From contig NC_086098.1 of the NCBI RefSeq assembly GCF_963921235.1, positions 235,848,001 to 235,912,000 of the forward strand: a stretch of DNA of 64,000 bases, written 5' to 3'. The notes under the pieces are model-generated. The model saw only the letters and a program-made list of their open reading frames with translations. It was not told the DNA's origin and did no database searches. Made by a program: the position numbers and the translations under genes. Shown here in pieces: positions 63,304-64,000 of this stretch. The stretch comes from Mobula hypostoma. Its lineage: Eukaryota. Each line of letters starts with the position of its first letter. Position 1 is the first letter of the stretch.

Positions 63304-64000
63304 CAACACAGGGAGTGACGAGTGGGACCTGACAGTCACAACTCTGATAAATTCATAATGGTAAGCGGACAGTCGGTTTGAGTTGCATGTCCAGGGAAAC
63401 TTTTGGAGGTCAGCCAGATTGGATTTGACGGCTTGCAGTCTCTCTCATTCCTTGAAACTAAACGCAGCGCACTATAATCTTTCACAGGAACATGACGACA
63501 TGGAATGCATATAAACATTCTTCTTAACATAGCCATTGCTATTTACTGAAATGCACCGTTTCTTTCATCACAAACGCTTGCACTAGTTACCACAGGAGAA
63601 AGAAGCAATCTATGATATTTCATATACTGATGAAGTTCCCGGACACATAAACGGTGAACAAAACACAGGTGCGCTCCTGGAATGCGCTCCTCTTTCAATA
63701 AGTTCATGACTCAGGGTCGCTGCAGAACCGTTTGGCCTTATTCTCATTTCCTTGGAATCTCTCAGTGCCCAAGCACCTATCGATCCCAGTCTGCAACTTT
63801 GTTAGTGATTAATTAAGAGCAGATCTCTGGGAGGGAGGCAGAGAATCCTCAGTTTCACCTCGTATATACTCTGTTAGTTCATTCAGTATCCTGACTTTCA
63901 AAGCATTCGCCTGTCATTTTTCTTAGCTGCAAAGACTGAGCGCATCCCTCTCAGTATCTGCTCACCGTTCGACCCTCTCATCCAGAGAACACAGTCTCTA

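Larger units (their letters stand above)
52062..64000. repeat. Segmental duplication unit, copy 2 (runs off the window end)
   Basis: Same as copy 1; offset about 23.1 kb at the C exon and about 22.2 kb at the right end. Confidence 0.9.

Overview
Vertebrate genomic DNA from a cartilaginous fish, probably a ray or skate; this is inferred from the Ig organisation and repeat families. (1) On the + strand, 950-16388 holds the last 10 exons of an otoancorin/mesothelin/stereocilin-family gene. The exons splice phase-consistently into 479 codons, with an RRRR furin-type site and a C-terminal GPI-signal-like tail; the 5' exons lie outside the window. (2) On the - strand are two intact immunoglobulin light-chain miniclusters of the chondrichthyan type I (NS5/sigma-cart-like) class, at 30127-32035 and 53236-55079. 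Each is leader exon, germline-joined VJ exon with no RSS, then one C exon. They sit in paralogous blocks about 23 kb apart (about 28975-41820 and 52062-64000+). Both V domains have non-canonical VH/VL-interface residues (WDRH, Gly46, YGPG). They differ mainly by replacements in the CDRs, while a 122-bp octamer-less promoter block is identical. (3) The rest is mostly decayed repeats: CR1, Rex/Babar, R4/Dong, Ty3/Gypsy fragments, a solo LTR, tRNA-derived SINEs, Penelope-type ends with hammerhead relics, and mini/microsatellites. There is one 145-N gap. All alignments and counts were done by eye, and TE boundaries are approximate.
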